A stretch of DNA of 63,301 nucleotides, counting the filler. It is 9 parts of 9 records of this genome, joined end to end, with 100 filler letters (N's around TTAATTAATTAA, not from the genome) between each part and the next. Parts side by side here need not be neighbours in the genome. Positions count along the whole stretch, not along the records: positions 22,132 to 25,577 come from SRR15195285_81; positions 25,678 to 31,493 come from SRR15195285_86; positions 31,594 to 37,452 come from SRR15195285_87; 6 more parts are not named here. One strand, 5' to 3'. Below, in pieces: positions 22,132 to 33,102 of the stretch. Made by a program: the position numbers and the translations under genes. Position 1 is the first letter of the stretch; each line of letters begins with the position of its first letter. The notes beneath the pieces were generated by a model. It did not search any database. It had not been told where the DNA came from and saw only the letters and a program-made list of their open reading frames with translations.

Positions 22132-25100
22132 ATCAGACCATCTGCTGCCATCGCTCTGCTACCTGTGGACCGCCCACTACGCCGCGGCTTCTTTTTCTTA
22201 CTTGTGGACTTGATGCCGCGCGAACGATCGGGTGTGTCTTCCCGGTTGCCGATCATTGCAGGGTTATCAGCAGCGTGCATGCTGCGAAGGATCACGCCTG
22301 CCAAAGGGTGTTCGTTGCACAATGCCCAAGCTCTTAATTCGCAAAACATACATGCTGATTTAAGTATTCGAATAGGCGGAGCGCTTACCTCGCTGGTGAA
22401 GGACCGGTTGGTCCGGCCTGTGGCAACGATGCACACCAAACGGTAGGGTATACTCAGATCAGATACCAAAACACTCACACGGACGGTATCGTAGATTAAA
22501 ATTGCTAATTACTAAAGTTCCAGGTACTACTATCGCACCAGAGCTTAGATGCTCCCTGTTGAATCTCCAGCAGCGATAGCGTTCCTGAACCATTGATGTC
22601 CATCTCTCGGAACATGCGGCGACGCTCCGCTGCGATGCAGTACACAACTGAATAGACGTCCAAAAGGCCACTCAAATGGACGGAAACAGTGGATACAGGT
22701 GTTCACCTCTGCTAGATGCTTTCAGGTGCCGCTGTTGCTCAGCTGCCTGCTCCTCTTGTGCAGCCAGTTTCACAGCTGCATCTATCGCTGCTGCCGCTGC
22801 CTGTGCCTCGGCGGCAGCCTTTGCGGCAGATGCTTTGAGGTTGTCAGCCTCTGCATCTCGCTTTGCACGGGCCAGCTCTTCCTCTCTGACGACACGCTGT
22901 CGCTGCACCTCTGCATCGATCCGCTGCTGTTTTCTACGCTCGGCAAGAGCTTGCCGCCGACGGGTGAAATCTTCGGCATTTCCAGCCAATCCACACGCAC
23001 GCGTAACTGTTTCCGTTTCTGCATGTTTGCCTCGATCAACATGAGTCCCTTCAACCTTCTGCCAAGCCTCCAGCTTGCGACGTGCTGTGTCTGCACGAAG
23101 ATGCCGCTCGTGCGCGCTCAACCAGCGCCGATGAATTGGGGCACTGACTGGGCGACGGTGCCTAGCCCGTCTGTCTACAGCACGGTTTGAACCTGCTGAC
23201 GTCACCCGAACACCTTTGACAACTACCAGTGGCTGCTGATGCTGCTGCTGGTGGTGGTCGTTTCGCTGCTTTATGCTCAGCTCACGCCTGGTGCCACCAT
23301 GGCCACGAAGTCCACCTGATACGTCACAAAAGTTGAGGATGCTGCGACGTCGTGCTGCCTCAGCGTCTGCCGCAGCCTGGGCTCGCATCACCGACGCCAC
23401 ACAACGCGCGAGGTGTCCCCGTCCAGCCGCCTGGATGACGACCGCAGCAGCTCGTTTTTCGGGCAATTTGACTGCAGAGCTGCGATATTGAACACTTGCA
23501 GCCGTGAGCAGCAAAAGCCATCGGTGCCGTACACACAAGTAGGACGCACCAGGCTCTGCGTGATCGCTGACGACTCTGGATGCACGTCGCTGCTTCTTCT
23601 AGATGAAGATTGATTTTGAGTTGCCATTGCTAAGTAATCGACCCAAAGGCGTGAAACGATTATCAGGAAGCAACAGCAAGCCAAATGCGTCATGAACAAT
23701 ATGTAGAACTCTTAGAGGGAAGATAGGGGGCAGAAACGGCGAAAGACTGATGTCGTACAGAGATCGCTTCTCCTAAGCTGTGCGTCTGCGTGTTGTGTTG
23801 TTGAGTGCGATATACGGCTGATTCGTTCTCTTCTTCCTCATCATTCTTGTACTCAACATCTAGTTGGATAGTTCGGAGTACATCTGCAATCATGGTCTCG
23901 GAACTTCCAGCCCGCAGCAATCCAATACGCACTGCTTCCGCTAGCAAATGTGTAAGCTTCAAGATACTGTCCTTGCGTGATGCTTCAGCTTTGAGACGAC
24001 GACTCAATAGTACACGATTTCTCTGATGCCGAGCAATGTTTTTCGCGAATGTCTGCAAATCAAGACACACAGGAACAACACACACACACAGTTTAGGGCA
24101 AGTTGCACATGATGGGGTGTAGTTGCACAACAACTTGATTCAACTTCCAAACGCATTGACGTGGAGCTTGTTCGCACCATCGCTTCTAACGATCCACCAG
24201 ATGCTTTCAACACTGTGCCGACACAAAAGTATACTGAGTATCGGACGATATCCAGAGATAGTAGAGTGCGACTGGGCTGTGTGTCCTCAACTGCCCAGGT
24301 GTGATTATTTAGCAAGCAAAACTAAATCGCTAATACCAAGAAGTGCAGCCTCGTGCTGCTGCTCGCAAAATGTCAACCAGCGTCGCCACGCGCCGACAAT
24401 CTACAAGCAACACGTGCCTCTTGAGTCTAAGGGCTTTAGCAGAGTGCGATCGAAGACTGCTGCGCCCGGACTACAACTCTCAGCACGCACCACTGCGTGG
24501 TGGCTCCGAATCACCCAAGTCTCTAGAACCGCTTGCAACTGCTGCATCTGTTCTACGAACCAACACCACCGTGCCCAACTGCGGCTCACGCCGCGCTCTT
24601 GCATACGGTGAACGACGCCGCGCGCTAGCTGCAACCTGCGTCGGTTTGCGTCAAGCAGCTCAATCCAGCAGTCAAAGGCAGACGCGACTCGCTTATTCAA
24701 TATACGGAGCACTGCATGTTCGTGGGACTTTCGCAACACATCACGTTCTGCTGCCCAGTGGCGCCAGGATTGCAGCGATTTCGTCAGATGCGGCCGCGAG
24801 CACGTCCGAATAAACCCTATCATGAGCCGCTGCTTCGGCTGGGCGCGCCAACGACATCGCTGCAACGCTACTAGCCCAGCCTGCTTGAGTATATGCGGAC
24901 GCTGCAGGTTTGCCGCCATCTTTCGCCGAGCCCGAGCCAAGGCTGCTGCCCACTGACTCCAAGCCCAACCAAGCCGACGCAAGAAGACCTGGTCCCAGTG
25001 TCGCAGATGATCTCGCAGCCTGCCCACCTTCTCGCGAGACCCATGATGAATGGCTGCCTGCAGCCGCGCGCTGCGTGCCTCCACCGCCCATAGCTCGCGA

Positions 25101-25540
25101 TCTTCCATGCTCATCTTATCGAGCTCTGCCATCCGCGTGTATTCAGCGCTGCGTGGCACTTGTCTCGACCGGCTGCGTGGAGGATCACGGCTGCGCTCCG
25201 AACGGCTGCGCGATGCGAGTGTCGTTCCCAGAAGTGGGCCGTCTGCTGCTACCACCGCCTCCCTGAGGTTTCGCATGCAGGGTTGGTCTTGCATTTTGCG
25301 CCGCACATGCACTGCAACTCGCTCCCCGTAGATGTCATACCTGGACCGATGGAATGCGCATGAGCTGCCTGTGCCTGAGCAAGAGATGCGTGCAGAGACT
25401 ATGTATTTGTTGGGTCGGAGTGTATACTGCGAGAGGCAGAACGAGCCGTCACCCGATCGAGTATAGCCAGCCACATCGGTCGGGCGGGGCGATTTCTCCA
25501 GCCCGCCCAGCGAGGCCGTGCGGGCGAGCTCATGGCGCAA
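22132..25540 (-). CDS. Multi-exon protein with Sfi1-like Trp repeats, an IQ motif and coiled coil (putative centrin/calmodulin-binding); ends uncertain
   Basis: Spaced W motifs (SLQSWRHW, AFDCWIEL, SWARWCWF, and IVGAWRRWLTF after intron 24490-24401), IQ motif AAVVIQAAGRGHLAR near 23430, charged helix in ORF 22672-23538. Exon chain only partly resolved. Confidence 0.6.
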
Positions 25541-25577
25541 CGCAGCCGAGCCGCCCAGTAAGTTTGAACGTCCCTCC

Positions 25578-25677
25578 NNNNNNNNNNNNNNNNNNNNNNN
25601 NNNNNNNNNNNNNNNNNNNNNTTAATTAATTAANNNNNNNNNNNNNNNNNNNNNNNNNNNNNNNNNNNNNNNNNNNN
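25578..25677. other. Artificial contig-joining linker
   Basis: N-run with central TTAATTAATTAA. Confidence 0.98.
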
Positions 25678-28600
25678 CTGAGCCCGAGCCCGAGCCCGAG
25701 CCCGAGATTGAGCTCGGCGCATGCAGGAACTGCTACGACGAATTGAGAAAATGGGAGCTTGGTCACCCTGCATACCACCCAAAGCCTGAATTTTCAACTG
25801 GTTTTGACGCAGGCGATGTGAAGGCAAAGAAATTCAAGAAGAAAAAGAACGAGTCAAAGAAAGAACGCAAAGCACGCGAGGAGAAGGAGCGGCTCGAGGA
25901 TGAGAGGATACAAGCTCTGAGAAATGAGTCTGAGGCCGACAAACAGAAGCGCGAGGCGAGCGAGGCGAAGCTGCGTCGTGAGTTGGAAGCGTGGGAGAAG
26001 GAGTATGAGCAAGACACCTGGACCTGCAACATCTGCTCTGGTATCTTCGCTGCGAACGAAATGATGTTTTGTTGCGAGGACTACCGCCAGTGCGGCTTTA
26101 GAGCCTGCAAGGAATGCCAAGGCTGTCCCGCACCAGAAGTGTACGTAGAAAAAGTAATGACGTCGAAGCTGCTCAAGAAATCGAACGTCGCGACGATGAA
26201 GGCACTGAGAAAGGATTACCTCTCACTATATGAGAAGGAATGCAAGAATCAGTGGAAGGGCTTCCTTAAGACGTCTGGTACAGGACTGAGTGACGACGTT
26301 GACGGCAAAGCACTGCTCAAGGAGGCGAAACGCGACGGTCAAGCAACTGCAGTGGTTCCTGTTGCAGAGATGCAGAAGGCAGCGCTGGTAGCATCCATGC
26401 GGACGCTCAAGGACAACATGGACGACATGGGCGGAAAGGCCAAAGAACGCGCACACGCTGCGGCCATTATGTTGGAACAACACAGTACTGACGCTTTGCG
26501 CGAGTTCAGCTTGATGGTCCAGCAGGCTATGGTCGATGATGGAAAGTCGCATGTCTACCAGGAAGCCAACAAAAAGATCAACGGTCTGAAAATCCCTAAG
26601 TCTGACCAAGCTATGATAAGATCTGTTCAGCGGACTTGTCGGTTTGCATTAGAGGAACAAGCTCGGAAGGACATACATGAAGCCATTGTCCAAGCATTCG
26701 ACAATACATCGAAAGAATGGCTTGGTGACCACGGTGTTGCCACGAGCGAAGATGGTGAGCAGCAGACGACGGATGACTTTGGGTTCCTGGTCACGCAAAA
26801 TGGATTTTTCGCGTTCCGTGGCCGTGCCGAGCCGCTGGAGCCGTTCATCGATTTGGAGTTCATCGTGGACGAAATTTTGGATAGAAAGGCGGTCAAGAAG
26901 CTTGAGAGGATGTTCCGGATCTGCAAGCCAGTACTGCAAGATTACAAGGCTGCGTCGATAGTTGCACAGAAGGACTGGCTGGGTACTGGAGGAAGGGAGG
27001 CACTTGAGCTGTCCAAAAAGGCCGAGAAGCATGCAGCCACCGCGGAAGGTGCTGTGGAAGCAATTTGGAACGATATCGACACGGATGGAAACGGCCGGCT
27101 GAACCATCGGGAGCTCAGACTGCTGATAGAGAAGGCCGACCCGAAAATGAATGACAAAAAGAGGGAGAAGCTGATGAAACAGCTGGACACGGACAACTCT
27201 GGCGACCTTTCACAGGCTGAATTTGTTGTCTGGTGGAAAAAGCAGAAGCAAGACCTGCTGAACGATTTGGTCGAGCAGGTAAATGAGACATCCGAGCTTG
27301 CAGACACTGGCCTCTCCCAGGTGCCTGTCGGCAAGTTTCAGGTCACAGGAATGCTAGCCGCGTCGGAGAATCTAAAGAAACGGATGATCAAGATTGGTGG
27401 CCCAGCACAGATTCGTGCTGAAAACAGCGCACTGTCAGCCGAGATGCGCAGTACTGACGTGAGGCGAGAGTTTAGTCAAATGATCCAGCAGTGGGCCTTG
27501 GAGGAAGCACGGGTCAGGATACTTCGAAAGTTGAAGAAGAAGATCAAAAAGTACAAACTACCCGAAACTACGACGGACACTTTCAGAGCCCAGGTGCAGA
27601 AAGCCGTTCTGGGCCGGGCTGAGGAGCTCGTTCGCCGGGAATGCCATCATGCAGTTTGCGAGACGTATGCTGAAGTGAAGAAAGTGACGAAGGTCAAGGG
27701 CACAGATTCATTGCAGGAGGACGGTGAGAAGCAAGATGAGGACGAGTTTGGCTTTCTGATCTCAGAAGGTGGATATGCAGCGTATAAACACTGGGACGAG
27801 AGGCTCCACCTGTACGAGAAGATGGGCAAGTCGCACTTGAAGAAAGCCTTGAAGAAGCACGGGCTCGACGCTAAGGGATCGAAGCATGAGTTGCTTGATC
27901 GATTGCTGAAGGCTGATGCACATCTGGACCACATGGCTGCTCTTGAGGCTGAGGAGCTCGCTGAGATAGAACGGGAGGAGGTGGCAAAAGAGGCTGCTTT
28001 CCAGCACCTGTATGAAGTTCACCCTTCCTTCGCAAGGATGAGAGCCCCGCAGCTTCGGGAGGAGCTGGCAAAACGTGGCAAGGATATCACTGGCAAAAAG
28101 GCGACGCTAATGGAACGCATGGCTCTCACGTTGAAAGAAGAGGAAGACTGGCACGAGGATGCTCACCACGACGCGGAGAGTTTTGGCACCTGCAGGGTCT
28201 GCGATGATGACCTCTTAGTCTACAATAACAAACACCCGTCGTTTGATGACCATGGTGTGCTCCATGAATGGACATGTGGCATCTGCCATGTCCACTTCGA
28301 CGAAAGTTCACCGATGTTCTGCTGCGAGGACTACGAAATGTGTCAGTACGGGGCCTGCATTGACTGCCAAATATTGCCAAACCCTCACGCTCACGTGGAT
28401 GAGGTATTGACCGAGAAAGCTGTCAGAAAGCTCGAGAAGATTGTCGACAACTGGGTCGTTGCTGCGGCTCTTAAGGAGTACGGCAAAGTTGCGCAGGATC
28501 AACAGAAGCGTTGGCTCAAGGACGGCGGCAAGGTCCACATCAAAGATCAGAAGAAAGAGGGCGGCAAGAAATTAGCAAGACAAGTGGAAGTGCCGATTCC

Positions 28601-31493
28601 GACGTTTCAAGTTGATGGACTGCTGGCAGCTGGGACCTCCCTTCTTGCACATACGTCCAAAATGGGTGGAATATCGGAGCTACGAGGTGCAAGCTCAATT
28701 ATGGCGCCACTTCAAGCACAAGAATCAGAGTTGATGCGCATAGCTGAGGTGCGTAGCATGCGATGCACAGATCTGCGGCGTGAGGTGAGCCAGCTTGCTC
28801 AGCAGCTAGCTGTGGACCAGGGGCAGAAGAAGGTACTCAACAAGTCTCTGAGGAAAAAGGTGGACAAACTGTTGATAATGAAAGAACAGCACATCCGGGA
28901 ACACCACCCCGATTTCGCCTCTGAGATCTGGACATCCGTTGAGAACGAAGCCGAAGAGATTATCAGAAAGCGAGTGCACCGCAAAGTGAAGCGGGCGTAC
29001 AAAGATGTAAAGTCAAACTGTCAGGTCAAAGGATGTGGCGTCAAGAAGGAAGCCGGTGAACACCAAGACGAAGACCAGTATGGATTCCTTGAGCAAGACG
29101 GCGGCTACCGCGCATGGAAGCTCGAATACGACCGGATGAGGCGCGACTTTGGCCAGTACAATGGCATGAGCAAATCTCGACTCAAAGCTGCACTGAAAGA
29201 GCACGGATTAGACCACCGTGGATCTAAACGTGAATTGCTACAACGGCTGCTCATTCACCATGTCGGCATCGAGCCGCCAAATGCAGCTCAGCTGGAGGCC
29301 TTAAAGGCAGAGGCCGCCGAAAAACGGAATGCACAGCAGCGGCTGCTGGAGGTCACCGAACCCTACATGCAAACGTTTGCAAAACGTGACGCTTATGGTC
29401 AGAAGCGCAAGAAGAAGGATCTATTCCCCGAGTTCTCAGAACTCACAGCGCCTCAGCTGCGCGAGGAGCTGCACGCTCGCGACCAGGACACATCAGGCAA
29501 GAAGGCTCAGCTCATGGTGCGGCTCGCGCAGACATTGGAGGCAGAGATCAAGCACAAGGAGCGCGACGATGTCATCAAGGCTGGGATCGGAAAGCGTAAA
29601 TTCAAGAAGGAAGGCACTGGTAATTGCAGAGTGTGCCGACAAGAGCTTGAGATGTACACTAGTGAGCATGCTTGTTTTGAAGAGCTTGGTGAGGTTGACG
29701 ACTGGTCTTGTGACGTGTGTGACAAAAGCTTTGATTACACGGAGCCATTGTTTTGCTGCAATACATTCAGCGTCTGCGACTGGGGTGCGTGTGTACAGTG
29801 TCAAGCGTTGCCTGACCCAAAGCTGCATCTTGACGACCTCATAACTGCGAAAACATTGGTCAAGCTGGAGAAACAGGCGAACATTGCATCATATGCGCTT
29901 GAACAGGCGGTGAAGATCGGTAAGAAACGCCAAAAGCAGTGGTTGAAAGAGACTGGAAAGACACAGATCAAGAAAGCCAAGAGGCAAGCGAAGAAGAATG
30001 CTGCACTCGATTCGGTGCTTGTCCCCGTGTACAGCTTTCAAATCGCGGGAATGCTGGCATCAGCAGAAAAACTGCAGCGGAAAATGATTAAGATGGGTGG
30101 CATAGCTGAGTTGCGGTCGCAGTTATCATTTCTGTTTCCACCAGCACCACCTGACCCCCCTTGGTTCATTGAACCACAGCATGCTGACACTGAAGCGATT
30201 GCCGATGTCGAACTGATGGAGACCTTACCTGCGGTGAGTACAGAACAGCAAGCAGAGTACGACAAGCTACTGGCGGAGTACGCAGAAATGGTGAAGGCAT
30301 GGAAACCACCGGATGTCCGCAGCACAGACATGCGCCGCGAAATCAGTCAGCTAGTGGGTCAGATGTGTGTTGATCAGGCACGTGATCGAGTCTTCAAGGA
30401 CATTGATGGGAACTTATCGAAATGCACATTGACCAAATCTAAATTGGTAAAACCAGCGGTGTTCAAGGAGCAGGTTCGAATGGCAGCATACGATGCAGCC
30501 GATGAGATTGTCCGCAAAGAAAGCCATAAGAAGGTGTTGGCAATGTATGAGGATGTGTTTTCGGCGACAAAAGTCAAGCGCTGCGGAATAGCGTCAGAGG
30601 GCGGGGAGGAGCAAGACGAGGATGAGTGCGGCTTCTTGGAGTCGGAAGGTGGATATGTAGAGTTTTTGCGTGCATCACATCGAGCAATGTTCTTTAGCAC
30701 GCTTGGCAAGAAGCATCTAAAGAAACACCTGAAGCAGCACGAACTAGATACAAAAGGGAGTAAGAAGGTCTTGCTTCAGCGCCTGCTCGCACATGATTGG
30801 GGGGACAGTGATGAATTTGAGATTGAAGAGGGACTGTCAGAAGAAGAGCTAGCTCAGATCGCAAAAGAGAAGGAAGAAAAAGAGAAGGCTTTGGAACACT
30901 TGCGCAAGGCGAAAGTAGAGTTTGCGGACCTCAAGGCACCACAGCTGCGTTTCCAGCTCGCTAATCGCAACTTGCCGACTGATGGGAAGAAGGCTGTGCT
31001 GATAGAGCGGCTAGCACAGGCTATAGACGATGAGATCGCAGCACATGCGTGGATTCCAGACGACGAGGAGCCGGAGCCAGAGGCAGACGCCACTGATGGA
31101 ATATGCCGTGTATGCAACGAGTCGTTGCTCGTCTACAATGAAAAGCATGGTTGCTTCGAGGAGTTTGGAGAGTTGGACGACTGGGGCTGTGACATCTGCG
31201 GAGACACATTGGGCAAGGAAGATACAATGTACTGTTGTGGCACTTTCAACGTGTGTGACTTTGCTGCGTGCGTTGACTGTCATTTGCTGCCCAACCCATA
31301 TATCCATGTGGATGGGTTGATTGACAGAGAGACAACCAAGGCACTTGAAAAGTATTGCTCCGGAATCTCGTTCATTCTGAAGGACTACAGGGACGCTGCT
31401 TTGAAAGAGCAGAAACGGTGGCTCAGGGAAGAGGGAAAGGACATTATCCGAGAAGCAAAGCAACGCAAACAATTGGAGACGGTTTTGGTGCCA
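25678..31493 (+). CDS. Internal fragment (>1930 aa, open at both ends) of a giant repeat protein with 4 Cys-rich Zn fingers, 6 SAP domains, 5 helical repeats and one EF-hand pair
   Basis: One uninterrupted frame across the contig, starting EPEPEPEPEIELGACRNC. SAP motifs such as KSHLKKALKKHGLDAKGSKHELLDRLL and APQLREELAKRGKDITGKKATLMERM; WxCxxC..CC.....C....CxxC x4; EF loops DTDGNGRLNHRE and DTDNSGDLSQAE. Confidence 0.9.
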
Positions 31494-31593
31494 NNNNNNN
31501 NNNNNNNNNNNNNNNNNNNNNNNNNNNNNNNNNNNNNTTAATTAATTAANNNNNNNNNNNNNNNNNNNNNNNNNNNNNNNNNNNNNNNNNNNN
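31494..31593. other. Artificial contig-joining linker
   Basis: N-run with central TTAATTAATTAA. Confidence 0.98.
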
Positions 31594-31649
31594 TGCGGGC
31601 GCGAATTGAGGAGCTCTCCGAGACCCAAATTGTTTGCGGCATTCGTCGA

Positions 31650-32782
31650 TCACTCAACCTCCGCAAGATAGTCCTTGATCTCGGCGGGCGTTAGAATCTT
31701 GAGCTTCCGGTCCTCCCCAACTACCGCGAGCTCAATGTTGTGCTCAGTCATCTGCCCCTCGAAACCCTCCTGATCGTTGGCACTTGCAGGCTCAAAACGA
31801 CGGCCGCAGTAGAATGAATGCAGCCAGGGGGGCGGTTGAGTAGCGTACCTTGAGGGTCAGAATGGCTGTATGAATCGCGTCCTCAATCTCGATGTCCTCA
31901 TTGTAGCGCTTCTCCAAGAATGTCTTGGCGTTGACCATGTTCTTTCCTATCGCCGATGCCTTCCACGCCCAGTATGAACCAGACGGATCGATCTGGTAAA
32001 GGTGCGGCCCGTCGTCATCGTATCCAGCAGCTAGCAAGGACACACCAAATGGCCGCACGCCACTGCAGCGTCCGCCAGCGCTTGTTAGTGCCGGCCCAGT
32101 GCATGGCGGGCAAGGGAGGCCACCCCACACGTGTTCAAGGCTGGAGCGGAAGGCACAGTAAAAAGAACCAGCGGTGGAGCACGCACCCTTGCTGCGTGAA
32201 TTCCTGCATCGTCGTGGCGAGGTCTCGCGAAAGTTGAGAGAGCGGCATCAGTTCCTGCACAAGAAACACGCGCGCCACTCATCATCCCGCCCGGTACAGT
32301 ACGCGCGCAACGCCGACGCGCCCCGCTCCCGCCCCGTACCTGGTACACGCGGAAGTACTGCTGCGCTGCCTTCCGGCCCTTCTTGACCAGGACGCGGAAG
32401 TCCGGGCCCATCCCGGAGTAAACGATGCCAGCCGCATCGGTCAGGTTGCAGATCTTTTGAACCGACGTCGGGTCCATGAGCGGCGAGCTCATTTTCTTCT
32501 CTGTGGCGAGGACCACACCATTCGTTGCCTTGATACCAAGGGATGTCCTGCGCACGCGCGTGCGCAAGCAAGGAGTTTGAGGTGGGGTGGGGAGACAGAT
32601 TGTGAGCACCAGCACGAGAGGTCAAAAAATCGCCTTCAAAATCGCCATCAAAATGGGCGGCGGAGGCCAGAGGTGGCGACTCACGGAGCCTTCGTGACAG
32701 CGCTCAGCGCGTACTCTATCTGCACCAGCTTGCCAGAGGGCGAGAAGGTGGTGAGAGAATAGGAGTATGCGGACTCCCCCAT
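31650..32782 (-). CDS. PSMA2: 20S proteasome subunit alpha type-2 (235 aa, 5 exons)
   Basis: [62 protein letters not shown]. Exons 32782-32685, 32547-32340, 32254-32187, 32062-31849 and 31769-31650 are in frame (708 nt). Confidence 0.97.
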
Positions 32783-33102
32783 GGCTCGCCCTGTGCGCCA
32801 GCCCCTCCAGCCCTCGCTACCAGTAGCAAGTATTTGCCAATCGTCTCCGCTCTCCGTCTCCCCCCCCGAGATTGCAGATTGCAGATTGAGGAGATTCACA
32901 TGTATAGCAGTGTATTCAAAGATCAATAGTGTATTCACTAATTCAGTTTTTTAGTGAATTCCCCTAGGTGCAAAATTCCCCTAGGTGCAAAATCTCGGAG
33001 GGTTTGGGTTTCCGTACCCTAGGATCCTACGTACTAGATCTAGCTAGTACGGGGGCCAACGTCGACGTGAATCGAGCCAACGTCCAACTCCCGGGGACCG
33101 TG
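32783..33102. promoter_or_regulatory. Putative bidirectional promoter between head-to-head PSMA2 and the RCC1-repeat gene
   Basis: 320-nt AT-richer gap between divergent ATGs; contains tandem AATTCCCCTAGGTGCAA x2 (32957-32990) and GTACTAGATCTAG (33031-33043). Confidence 0.55.
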
